Assembly (NCBI GenBank): GCA_020348445.1
Contig: CP070751.1
Coordinates: forward strand, 4,516,101-4,537,608
Reading direction: 5' to 3'
From: Thermoplasmata archaeon
GTDB lineage: Archaea; Thermoplasmatota; Thermoplasmata; GCA-020350865
DNA length: 21,508 nt
Each line of letters begins with the position of its first letter. Positions within the stretch are counted from its first letter, which is position 1. A program made the translations under genes and the position numbers. Positions 1 to 8,549 of this stretch are shown piece after piece. The notes under the pieces are model-generated. The model did no database searches. It saw only the letters and a program-made list of their open reading frames with translations, and was not told the origin of the DNA.

Positions 1-269
1 GATCCCAACTAACCCTTCCTCGCATAATCGCGGCTATCTGACCCGAATAAATTTTTCCTCCTTGGGGTTGGGGACACTTAATCTTCTTGATTCCCAAATT
101 CCTTATTTGAAATGGAGAAAAATCGCTTTAAGCACTTCCAAATCCCGTTTTCTCGATGAGATCCTAAATGATAATCACAGGTGGTTGTCAATGGTGATTG
201 TCAATGTCGATTTGTGGAGAGCTATTCATAAATATCTTCGGGATAGTAATCTATTTCGGAGCAAAATAT

Positions 270-908
270 ATGCAGCCCATTATACACTTTCTTCTATCGA
301 TGGTGGCGGGTTTGGGTGTGGGATTACATCTTCTGAATAAAACCAAGAAATTCCTACTGATAATCCTTTTAGCCGTTTTCGCAACATGCATAGATTTGGA
401 TCACTTTCTGCCAATTTATCAGGAAACGGGCGTGAAAGTTTTTCACAATATATTTGTTTTCATTTTATTACCATCAGCATTATTTTTGATATTTTTTGTG
501 TATGAAAAAAATAAAGGTACAAGTATTGGCCAAAGAAGTTGCATCTCCCTGTGCGTTATGTTCCTGGGTCATATGTTCCTGGATAGTTTCCATGGCAGCA
601 CATTACCATTTCTTTATCCAATTCGCCCTGGGCTGTTCACCCTGGGAAGCCTAGGATTTACCGTGGATTCTTCATTTTTGAGCCTCACATCTGAGCAGGT
701 AATTCTAATAATATGGGGTGGGATCATATTTTGTTCAAACCTCGTAGAGACAGTCATATTCAACGATATAGAAGGACGTGAATATCAAGCAATCCGCTCA
801 AATCAAAAAAAGAATACAAAAACACATCCTATAGCGGTTCTAAGCGGTGGTTTTTCCCTCATAAAAATAAATATTTTAAACAGATTTTGGAATAACGTGA
901 AATCTTAG
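270..908 (+). CDS. Putative membrane-bound metal-dependent hydrolase (YdjM-like family)
   Basis: Several hydrophobic helices with His/Asp motifs at helix ends: IIHFLL, CIDLDHF, FHNIF, GHMFLD. The ORF track starts at TTG 198. ATG 270 (MQPIIHFLL), preceded by GGAGC, fits the family-typical N-terminus better. Ends at TAG 906-908. The family call is from motif recall only. Confidence 0.55.
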   Translation: MQPIIHFLLSMVAGLGVGLHLLNKTKKFLLIILLAVFATCIDLDHFLPIYQETGVKVFHNIFVFILLPSALFLIFFVYEKNKGTSIGQRSCISLCVMFLGHMFLDSFHGSTLPFLYPIRPGLFTLGSLGFTVDSSFLSLTSEQVILIIWGGIIFCSNLVETVIFNDIEGREYQAIRSNQKKNTKTHPIAVLSGGFSLIKINILNRFWNNVKS

Positions 909-909
909 T

Positions 910-917
910 AAAAAAAA
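910..917 (-). terminator. Possible archaeal oligo-T terminator for the GTPase gene
   Basis: A8 on + (T8 on -) about 26 nt after the GTPase stop codon, in the gap between convergent genes. Confidence 0.35.
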
Positions 918-943
918 GTGTGGGCATTCATGGGATTCAAAAA

Positions 944-1522
944 TCACAAATTATCTAATAGCTGATCCTCTTTGGTATCGATTCCTTTTGCAGCTATTTT
1001 GTCAGCCAATGTCTTGAAAGCTAGATTTACATTAACACCTGTCTTAGCACTTGATAAAAAGACTGTGGGCTCCTCGTATTTTGAAGCGAAATCCTTAACA
1101 TCGTTGAATGTGATTTCCGCCTCATTTGTCAGATCGCATTTGTTACCAATGAAAACTAAGGGTATATCCCTTGTGATGTCATTCATGGATTGAATCCAAC
1201 CTTCAAGCTCGTCTAAAGTTTCCTTTCTCGTTATATCGCAAACAGCCATGGCACCCTGGGCCCCGAAGAAATATGCTTCCCGAAGAATTTCCCTAAATCC
1301 CTTCTGCCCCATGATGTCCCAAATCATCATCGTCACAGTCAAGTCGTCTCCTGTTGTAGGATTCTTTACAGTTACCTCCTTTTTAGTGATTTTTGTACCG
1401 ATAGTGATTAGATAACCGTCTGAAAATTGATCGAAAACGAACCTCTTAATGAGGCTGGTTTTTCCTACACCACCTTCTCCTATCAGACAGATCTTTCGTT
1501 TAATGGACTTTTTCGCTGGCAT
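944..1522 (-). CDS. Ras-superfamily (Rab-like) small GTPase, 192 aa
   Basis: All five G boxes are present: G1 GEGGVGKTS, G2 ITIG, G3 WDIMGQ, G4 NKCD, G5 SAK. Start refined to ATG 1522 (MPAKKSIKRKICLIG) with SD AAGGAG upstream. No C-terminal cysteine. Confidence 0.93.
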   Translation of the reverse strand: MPAKKSIKRKICLIGEGGVGKTSLIKRFVFDQFSDGYLITIGTKITKKEVTVKNPTTGDDLTVTMMIWDIMGQKGFREILREAYFFGAQGAMAVCDITRKETLDELEGWIQSMNDITRDIPLVFIGNKCDLTNEAEITFNDVKDFASKYEEPTVFLSSAKTGVNVNLAFKTLADKIAAKGIDTKEDQLLDNL

Positions 1523-1622
1523 ATTGATCTCCTTGTTTTTTTGCGGCCAGAGTATACCCCAAATACCGACAACATATGCGGAATCCAAGTCTTATTTTTA
1601 TTATACAAGAATACTGTTATTG

Positions 1623-1632
1623 TTATATAAAA
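1623..1632 (-). promoter_or_regulatory. Candidate TATA box for the GTPase gene
   Basis: TTTTATATAA on the - strand, about 100 nt upstream of ATG 1522. Confidence 0.35.
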
Positions 1633-1767
1633 GTTATTGGCTTAATCATTCCCAAAGCATATCATATCTGAGATACACAATTAGATTTATCCTTTATTCA
1701 AAAATAATTTGTCATACACTCGATTGATGAGCACCATCCAATTAAATAATTTCGACCTTGAAAATGT

Positions 1768-1785
1768 GCAAAAACTATATATAGT
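1768..1785 (+). promoter_or_regulatory. Candidate BRE + TATA box of the smc operon
   Basis: GCAAAAACTATATATAGT: an A-rich BRE-like run followed by TATATATA, about 220 nt upstream of smc. Confidence 0.5.
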
Positions 1786-1804
1786 ATCAAGGGTATACCG
1801 GAAT

Positions 1805-1827
1805 TTGTCTGACAAAATGTCAGATAA
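1805..1827. promoter_or_regulatory. Inverted-repeat operator-like site TTGTCTGACA-AAA-TGTCAGATAA
   Basis: 10-bp arms with one mismatch and a 3-bp spacer. It lies about 20-40 nt downstream of the candidate TATA, over the expected transcription start. Confidence 0.5.
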
Positions 1828-2006
1828 TTAATGGCGATGTGGATTTCATCAAGGGATGGGAAATTGCAAAAAGAAGATGCTTTGCATCATCTGAATTTGC
1901 ATATCTAATTTCTCTTCTATCTCGGATAAACCCACTACTTTGGATGTCTGAGCAATGATCCACAATCTGCGTGAATCACCCCCAAAATCGAGATGGAGGG
2001 ATGAAT

Positions 2007-5000
2007 TTGTACCTAAAGAAAGTAGAACTTGAAAATTTCAAGTCTTTTGGGAAAAAGAAGAAAGTACCGTTTTTAAGAGGATTCACAGTTATTACCGGGC
2101 CCAACGGCAGCGGGAAATCGAACATTGGTGATGCGATCTTGTTCGTTTTGGGACCAAAAAGCCCCAGGGCAATTCGTGCAGGAAAGCTGACAAACCTTAT
2201 ATACAACGGAGGAAAAGCCAAAAAACCCGCAAAATACTGTCGGGTGTCCCTTGCATTCGACAACATAGACAGGATTATTCCGTTGGAAGAAGATGAGGTC
2301 ACGTTCACGAGGCTCGTTAAGCTGTCCCCGTCAGACCCTGAAAACTACCTCAGTTATTTCTATGTGAACGGTAAAAAATCATCTCTTACCGAATTCGACG
2401 ACCTACTTTCCCATGCACACATATCAGCAGATGGTTACAACCTTGTTAAACAGGGTGATGTAACCCGTATAGTTGAGATGAGCAATACAGAAAGAAGAAG
2501 GGTTTTGGATGATATATCTGGGGTCACAAGATATGATGAAGACATAAAGAAGGCTGAGGAGAAGAAGAAGGGAGTTGAAGAAAATCTCGATAGGATAGGA
2601 ATAATAATTGACGAGATAAAAAGGCAAATAAAACTGCTTTCAAAGGAAAGAGGCGCTGCCCTAAAATATAAGGATATAAAGGATAACTATGACTTGGCAA
2701 AGGCCCAGGGCGCCTACAAGAAAAAAGAGATGATTGAAGGTGAAATTGTCGCCATTGGCAATCAAATAAAAAAATACAATTCCAAAGAGAAAGACCTGGA
2801 TTCAAAAGTGCAGGATCTTCAAAAGGAGCTTGAAGATTTAGGGGAATCATTGAATAAAATGGAGGAGAAGATCGCAGCAGAAGGTGGGGAAGAGGCAAAG
2901 GAGCTGAAATCCAAAATAGATAATCTGAGAATCGAGATTGCCAGGGCAAAAGATGGCATTACATCCTCAAAAGATTCCATTAAATCCTTAAAAGAAGAGG
3001 CAAAGATCTTCCAAAAGGACCTTATAAAATTAGAGGAAGTCCTTGAAAATTTAAAAGAGGAAAAAGAGAATACGGAAATACAACTTGCGAAGAAGCAAAA
3101 GGAGTTGGAAAATAAGAAAGAAGAGCATGAAAAAATCCAGGAAACAGTTGGTAAATCCGATTCCGAAGCCCTGTCCCTTCAAAGGAACATCCAGGGCGTA
3201 AATAAGGAGATCGAAGCAAAAGAGGACGAGATTAGAAGTGTTAAAATCGAACATGACAGAGAACGCGAAAGAGCCGAGCGGCTTAGCTTGGAGTTAACAG
3301 AGCTTGAAGAGGAAAAAAGAACGTTAGAATTTGAAATCAAGGATGTGGAATTTCAGCTAAAGGATCTTACCAAGAATGCTAAAGAATCAGGAAAATCCAT
3401 TCAATCTCTTAGAGAAACATTAGAAAAGAAGATGAAAGAAGAAGAAAAACTGTATAAGGAATCCCAGGAATTGGAGGCCGCCATCACAACCTTGACCAGG
3501 GAATACAACAGGCTGAAGGCAGAAGCTGAGGCCGCGGAATCCATAAAAAAGGGCTACAACATGGCGGTTTCGGCGATTCTGGAGGCAAGAGATCGGGGAA
3601 AATTAAAGGGCATTCATGGAACCATTGCCGAGCTTGCAGAGGTTGAGGATAAATTTGAAGTGGCCCTGAGTGTGGCTGCCGGTGCAAGAATGCAATCCAT
3701 TGTCGTGGATTCAGATGAATGCGCTTCCAAGGCCATAGAATACCTTAAAAAGAAGAAGATAGGCAGGGCAACATTTCTTCCTTTGAACAAGATGAGCGAG
3801 GGCAGACCCCGGGGTAAGGCCCTGATGGCAAAGCGTAATTCAAAATCCCTTGGTTTTGCAATAGACCTTGTGAATTTCAAGCCCGAATATAAGGCAGCCT
3901 TCTGGTATGTTTTAGGGGATACAATCGTCGTGGATGATCTGAAGACAGCCCGGGAACTAATGGGAGGAATCAGACTGGTTACCCTGGAAGGGGAGCTTAT
4001 CGAGGCAGCCGGGGCAATGATAGGCGGAAAGCTCGCAAACCAGCACCTTAAGTTCGGAGCGCCATCAAAAAGTGATATAGAGAAGATTGGCGCTGAACTT
4101 AGAAGTGCAATGGAACATGCAGATTCCATTTCAAAAACCCTTTTGCAGGTCAAAAGCGATATTCTCGAACTGGAAACCCAAATTCGAGCACATGGTGGTC
4201 AGGACAGTGTATCTGAAATTAAAATCGAGGATCTGAAATCCAAACGAAAGGAATACAAGAAAAAATTGGCAGCATTGGAAAAATCTTTGAATGAAAAAAA
4301 TGATGAATTACTAAGAATCGAGAACCACCTAGAAAAATTAGGAGAAGATTTGAAGTCAATTGAGGAGCAGATAGAAACTCTAAAAGCCAAAAGGGAAGGA
4401 CACAGAAAGGCCTTGATTAAGGCAACACCGCAGGAATATGCAAAACAGATCAAAGAGCAGCAAAAAAGGCTTCACGAGCTCACAAGCGAGGTAACCACAC
4501 TAGAATCTTCTGCAAAGACCCTAGAGACACAAATTAAAATGCACGAAGAGAGGCATGCGGAAATTACCAACACTTTGAAGGGGATCGAAGAGGAGAGAGC
4601 AGGACATTCCAAGAAGATCAAAGAATGCAAGAAAAAGGAGAAGGAATTTCAGGAAGAACTATCAGTTCTTTTAAAAGTGGAAGCAAACATGAACCAGGAT
4701 ATGAAAAAACTGGGAAAAAAAAGAGATGAGATATACCGCAGCAAAAGCGATTGCGAATCGGCAATTGACAAGATCCAAACAAAAATCGAAACAAATAAAG
4801 ACTTTGTAATAGGGCTTCGAACAAAGCAAAAAAGTGTTGAGGAAAACCTAAAGGAAGTGGAATGCGAACTGGAAGGCTACAATATCCAGATTGATTTGGA
4901 GAAAAAGCTCCCATCCTTGGACGATCTTAAAGAAACAATAGCAAGCTGCGAGCGAAAGATGAGGACCTTGGAGCCCATCAATATGAAGGCAATTGATGAC

Positions 5001-5684
5001 TATGACGAGCAGGAGACGCGGCTTACCGAACTTTTGGACGAGGTAAAGCATCTCAAGGACCAAAGAAGAAATTTAATAGCCGTGGTAAAAGAACTTGATA
5101 AGAAGAAGAAGATCGAGTTCACAAAAGTCTTCGAAGGTATAAATGAGAATTTCAAGAGGATATTTGCTGAACTTTCAGTGGGTGGCGAGGCCGAACTCCT
5201 TTTGGAGAATCCGGAAAGCCCATTTGAAGGCGGATTGATAATCAAGGCACGGCCAAGAGGGAAAAAGATACTGCGCTTGGAATCCCTCTCTGGCGGGGAA
5301 AAGAGTCTGACAGCACTTGCTCTTATCTTTGCGATTCAACATTATGAACCCTCTCCTTTCTATTTACTGGATGAGGTGGATATGTTCTTGGACGCCGTAA
5401 ATGCCGAGCATGTGGCAAGGATGGTGAAGAAGAACTCAAGAAAGGCCCAATTTGTGATGGTCTCCCTGCGCAAGGTAACGCTCAAAGAAGCGGATGCAAT
5501 TTATGGAGTTACTATGCGGGCGGACAGTATATCTGATGTAATTGGAAACGTCTCGCTTACCGATATAACCGAGGAAATACCCGCACTTTCTGAGGATGAA
5601 ACCGAGGATAAAATCGAAGGTGAGGAAATTCAGGAAAGCATCGAGCTAACTGATGATATTCAAGAAGGTGAAACCCATGCCTGA
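2007..5684 (+). CDS. smc: Chromosome segregation protein SMC (condensin ATPase subunit)
   Basis: Walker A GPNGSGKSN, long coiled coils, hinge (GIHGTIAEL...GRATFLPL), signature LSGGEKS, Walker B LLDEVD. Start is most likely TTG 2007 (MYLKKVELENFKSF) with GGAGG 7 nt upstream. ATG 2001 is an alternative. The track start is 1971. Confidence 0.98.
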   Translation: MYLKKVELENFKSFGKKKKVPFLRGFTVITGPNGSGKSNIGDAILFVLGPKSPRAIRAGKLTNLIYNGGKAKKPAKYCRVSLAFDNIDRIIPLEEDEVTFTRLVKLSPSDPENYLSYFYVNGKKSSLTEFDDLLSHAHISADGYNLVKQGDVTRIVEMSNTERRRVLDDISGVTRYDEDIKKAEEKKKGVEENLDRIGIIIDEIKRQIKLLSKERGAALKYKDIKDNYDLAKAQGAYKKKEMIEGEIVAIGNQIKKYNSKEKDLDSKVQDLQKELEDLGESLNKMEEKIAAEGGEEAKELKSKIDNLRIEIARAKDGITSSKDSIKSLKEEAKIFQKDLIKLEEVLENLKEEKENTEIQLAKKQKELENKKEEHEKIQETVGKSDSEALSLQRNIQGVNKEIEAKEDEIRSVKIEHDRERERAERLSLELTELEEEKRTLEFEIKDVEFQLKDLTKNAKESGKSIQSLRETLEKKMKEEEKLYKESQELEAAITTLTREYNRLKAEAEAAESIKKGYNMAVSAILEARDRGKLKGIHGTIAELAEVEDKFEVALSVAAGARMQSIVVDSDECASKAIEYLKKKKIGRATFLPLNKMSEGRPRGKALMAKRNSKSLGFAIDLVNFKPEYKAAFWYVLGDTIVVDDLKTARELMGGIRLVTLEGELIEAAGAMIGGKLANQHLKFGAPSKSDIEKIGAELRSAMEHADSISKTLLQVKSDILELETQIRAHGGQDSVSEIKIEDLKSKRKEYKKKLAALEKSLNEKNDELLRIENHLEKLGEDLKSIEEQIETLKAKREGHRKALIKATPQEYAKQIKEQQKRLHELTSEVTTLESSAKTLETQIKMHEERHAEITNTLKGIEEERAGHSKKIKECKKKEKEFQEELSVLLKVEANMNQDMKKLGKKRDEIYRSKSDCESAIDKIQTKIETNKDFVIGLRTKQKSVEENLKEVECELEGYNIQIDLEKKLPSLDDLKETIASCERKMRTLEPINMKAIDDYDEQETRLTELLDEVKHLKDQRRNLIAVVKELDKKKKIEFTKVFEGINENFKRIFAELSVGGEAELLLENPESPFEGGLIIKARPRGKKILRLESLSGGEKSLTALALIFAIQHYEPSPFYLLDEVDMFLDAVNAEHVARMVKKNSRKAQFVMVSLRKVTLKEADAIYGVTMRADSISDVIGNVSLTDITEEIPALSEDETEDKIEGEEIQESIELTDDIQEGETHA

Positions 5685-6633
5685 AAAGGACGCCAGCGAA
5701 TTGATCAACCATCTATTGTTCCACAAAGCAATTATTTCTGAAGATGATGGTGGAGAGAGAATCGAGGAGTATCTGGAACTTGTGAGGAACATCGAATCTG
5801 GCCAGCATATTGCCATAACAGATGAGTTCGAAAAATCTATCTCACTTGTGTTCGAGCTTGTTGTGGATTCGCATTTTGATCCCTGGGACATAGATCTTAT
5901 CAAGTTCTCGAAACTCTATTTAAAGAAGATAAGAAAGGAGAAGAATGTGGATCTTATAACCGCGGGCAGGATAGTTCTTATGGCATGGTCCATTTTGAAG
6001 TTGCAAAGCGATGAATTGCTATTGCGAACCGATATTCCCCAGGAAGAGGAATTCTACTTCGAAGGATGGAACATAATGGGCGAGGAATCCTACAATGCCT
6101 GTGAGGATTTGGACTATACCACAGCTGTTGTTACCGAGGCCAGGATCCCTCTGAAAGAGAAGATATGGCACAAGAAAAAACGAGCTGTTACATTGATGGA
6201 ACTGGTTGACGCTTTCGACGAGGCTAAAAAGGACATAGTAAAACAAAAGGAACTCAATGAAAAAAGAAGGCTTCTTCAAGAGCTCATGGCAAAGGAAGAG
6301 GATTTTGATGAGAAGGTCCACAAGGAGAATCTGGATGAGGACATCTATCTAACTTGGCAGCGGATATGCATGTTTGAAGAGGACAAGATGCTTTTGGACG
6401 ACATAATCGATGGAAGCAGAGATGATCTTATTGCAAGGTTCGTTTCGATTTTGTTTTTGGCAATTGACGACAAAATCCGTCTCACCCAACGAAGATTCCC
6501 ATATGGAGAGATCACCATAAAGAATATCACACCTGTTGTGGAGCGCTTACAACCGCCAACTGTTGAGCTTATAACTGAGGAGGGTGAGGCAGTGGAGGAT
6601 GAAAAACTGGTGAAAGTAGTTGCTGTGGCTTGA
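5677..6633 (+). CDS. scpA: Segregation and condensation protein A (kleisin), archaeal type
   Basis: DPWDIDLIKF and LITAGRIVLMAWSILKLQSDELL N-terminal motifs, RAVTLMELVDAF, and a C-terminal winged helix FVSILFLA...LTQ...YGEI. ATG 5677 overlaps the smc stop (ATGCCTGA) and has SD AGGTGA. Confidence 0.93.
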   Translation: MPEKDASELINHLLFHKAIISEDDGGERIEEYLELVRNIESGQHIAITDEFEKSISLVFELVVDSHFDPWDIDLIKFSKLYLKKIRKEKNVDLITAGRIVLMAWSILKLQSDELLLRTDIPQEEEFYFEGWNIMGEESYNACEDLDYTTAVVTEARIPLKEKIWHKKKRAVTLMELVDAFDEAKKDIVKQKELNEKRRLLQELMAKEEDFDEKVHKENLDEDIYLTWQRICMFEEDKMLLDDIIDGSRDDLIARFVSILFLAIDDKIRLTQRRFPYGEITIKNITPVVERLQPPTVELITEEGEAVEDEKLVKVVAVA

Positions 6634-6646
6634 TGAGGTGGGGAAA

Positions 6647-7147
6647 TTGAAGACCGAAAGAGTGGTTGAGGCTGCACTGTTTTCTGCAGGACGGCCTTTG
6701 AAAGTCTCAGAAATCGAGGATGTTACAGGCATAGGGAAGGATGCCATAAGAAGGGCTCTAAAGAACCTTGTTAAGCAATACAAGGACAAGGAAACGGCAA
6801 TTGAAGTGGCAAAGGTGGGTGTAAAGTACGTGATGCAGCTAAAGGACGATTATGCCCAGCCTGCTGAGATGCTGGCAATAACCGAGATTCCCAAGCAGTA
6901 CCTTAAAACTGCATCCCTTATCGCATATCATCAGCCTATAAAGCAAAGCGATCTTGTTGAGATGATCGGGCCCAAAGGTTACGAGCACGTAAAAGAGTTG
7001 CATAAACTTGGCGTGATAAAGACTAAAAGATACGGGGCCACGAAGATTCTGACTACAACAACAAAATTCATAGAGTCCTTTGGCATAGATGCAAAAAAGC
7101 CCGAGGAAATTAAAAAATGGCTTGCCAAGAAGGTTGGTGCTAAGTAA
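6647..7147 (+). CDS. scpB: Segregation and condensation protein B (kite subunit)
   Basis: VEAALFSAGRPL, LKTASLIAYHQPIKQSDL, TTTKFIESFGI. Start refined to TTG 6647, with SD GAGGTG just after the scpA stop. Confidence 0.95.
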   Translation: MKTERVVEAALFSAGRPLKVSEIEDVTGIGKDAIRRALKNLVKQYKDKETAIEVAKVGVKYVMQLKDDYAQPAEMLAITEIPKQYLKTASLIAYHQPIKQSDLVEMIGPKGYEHVKELHKLGVIKTKRYGATKILTTTTKFIESFGIDAKKPEEIKKWLAKKVGAK

Positions 7148-7155
7148 GGACGTTT

Positions 7156-8055
7156 TTAAAGTGCCCGAAGCCATTCTGGTTTAAAGCTCACATCATCCTT
7201 TTGCAGAATTCTTTTGATTTTGACAAGTATATCCTGTTTATCTTTGGGAAATGTCCCTCCAACAGGTAGATAATTTGAGGCGTGATTTGCCCTGAAAACA
7301 CAGTTTGTAAGATTCAGGTTTTCAATGAGAATCTGCAATTCCTCAAATACATCTCTTGGCTCCAGGATCTCCAGCTTGCCCTCTTTTACCTCATCATATA
7401 TCTCTGTCCCTTTTATTACCATCAAAGTCAGGGCCCCTATATAATCAGGGTCCATCTTGCTTAACACCTCTGCTGTCTTCTGTGCGTGTTCTTTTGTTGC
7501 CTCTTTTCCACCCAAACCCAAAATGAAAATGACTGAGAGGGTTATTTCAGCATCCTTCACCTTTTGCGCGGCTTCTATCATCTTTTTTGATTTGACTCCT
7601 TTTCTGACTTTCTTTAGAATCATATCTGAGCCTGATTCCAAGCCTAAGTAAATTATACCCAATCCTGCCTCCTTAAGTTCCTTTAATTCGTATTGAGATT
7701 TTTTTAGGATGTCCTGCGGGCATGCGTAAATTCCGATTCTTTCCAGTTTTGGAAAGCTATCTTTTAAGAGACTCAGGATCTTCACAAGGTCTTTTGTGGG
7801 TATAATAAGGGCATTGCCGTCTGCCAAAAATATTCTTCTCGCGTCCTTGTAATGGGGAAGTACAGTTTCCACATCCCGTTTGATTTCCTCAAAGCTTTTG
7901 ATTCTGAAATCCTTGTCCCTGTATGTGATGCAAAACGTGCACTTGTTATGGGAACATCCTATTGTAATTTGTAGTATCAGGCTTCTTGCCTCTGAGGGGG
8001 GTCGAAAAACCGCGCCTTCGTAGATTTGATGGACATTGTAAAGCATGATGCTCAT
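7156..8055 (-). CDS. Radical SAM enzyme (single domain, function unknown)
   Basis: FRPPSEA..LILQITIGCSHNKCTFC cysteine cluster motif, FLADGNA, GLESG, RANHASNY. ATG 8046 is an alternative start. Confidence 0.88.
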   Translation of the reverse strand: MSIMLYNVHQIYEGAVFRPPSEARSLILQITIGCSHNKCTFCITYRDKDFRIKSFEEIKRDVETVLPHYKDARRIFLADGNALIIPTKDLVKILSLLKDSFPKLERIGIYACPQDILKKSQYELKELKEAGLGIIYLGLESGSDMILKKVRKGVKSKKMIEAAQKVKDAEITLSVIFILGLGGKEATKEHAQKTAEVLSKMDPDYIGALTLMVIKGTEIYDEVKEGKLEILEPRDVFEELQILIENLNLTNCVFRANHASNYLPVGGTFPKDKQDILVKIKRILQKDDVSFKPEWLRAL

Positions 8056-8121
8056 TCCGAAAGTGAAAAGGGAAACATATTATGAAGATAAAGAATTTTT
8101 GAACGTTTTGTAATAAAATCC

Positions 8122-8490
8122 TCATGTCAAGGCCAAAAACGCCAGTATGCTCAATCCCACCAAAACCGCTACAATAAATACTATCACAAACACCATTACA
8201 ATTGCCACTATCCACATCACAAATGCCTTTCCCCAATCTGTTTCGTACACAACTTTGATGACCAATAAGTTCACGATAATGGCAACTATTAAACCTACAA
8301 TGGGAATTGGGATCAGAATTAGGCATCCGAAAAACGTGATTATCAACAGAATCGTTGTTCCCAAGGCCTTAAGCAGGCCCTCATCTTCGTCTAAAATCCT
8401 TGCTGTAATATACAATGGTAGAGCTATGAATATCAGAAGTAGTATGATCAGAAGAATAAGAATTGTTATTTCCAAAGCGAGTAAGGTCAT
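8122..8490 (-). CDS. Small multi-pass membrane protein, unknown function
   Basis: About four hydrophobic segments in 122 aa. GAGGT sits at a suitable distance from ATG 8490; the track start 8496 directly abuts it. Confidence 0.75.
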   Translation of the reverse strand: MTLLALEITILILLIILLLIFIALPLYITARILDEDEGLLKALGTTILLIITFFGCLILIPIPIVGLIVAIIVNLLVIKVVYETDWGKAFVMWIVAIVMVFVIVFIVAVLVGLSILAFLALT

Positions 8491-8549
8491 GTACATACCT
8501 CTTTAATATGAAGTGATAACGCTTTTTATTATAAAATCATTGTGAATAA

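Noticed and set aside
62-340. 92-aa ORF on + and a possible minus-strand gene start near position 25
   Set aside because: The ORF overlaps the hydrolase gene in another frame and has no recognisable motif. The minus-strand ATG has too little sequence in the window and its AGGAGG is about 30 nt away.
1802-1829. Xer/dif recombination site
   Set aside because: dif-type sites have 11-bp arms around an even 6-bp spacer. This symmetry centre has an odd spacer and sits at a promoter position.
1976-5903. Numerous short minus-strand ORFs within smc/scpA
   Set aside because: These are antisense shadows of well-supported genes, with Ser/Phe/Leu-rich composition typical of reverse frames and no SD or motifs.
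2007-7147. Wadjet/MksBEF-type anti-plasmid SMC system
   Set aside because: The SMC is full length with a canonical hinge and has ordinary ScpA/ScpB partners. No JetD/MksG-like nuclease gene is adjacent, so a housekeeping condensin explains it.
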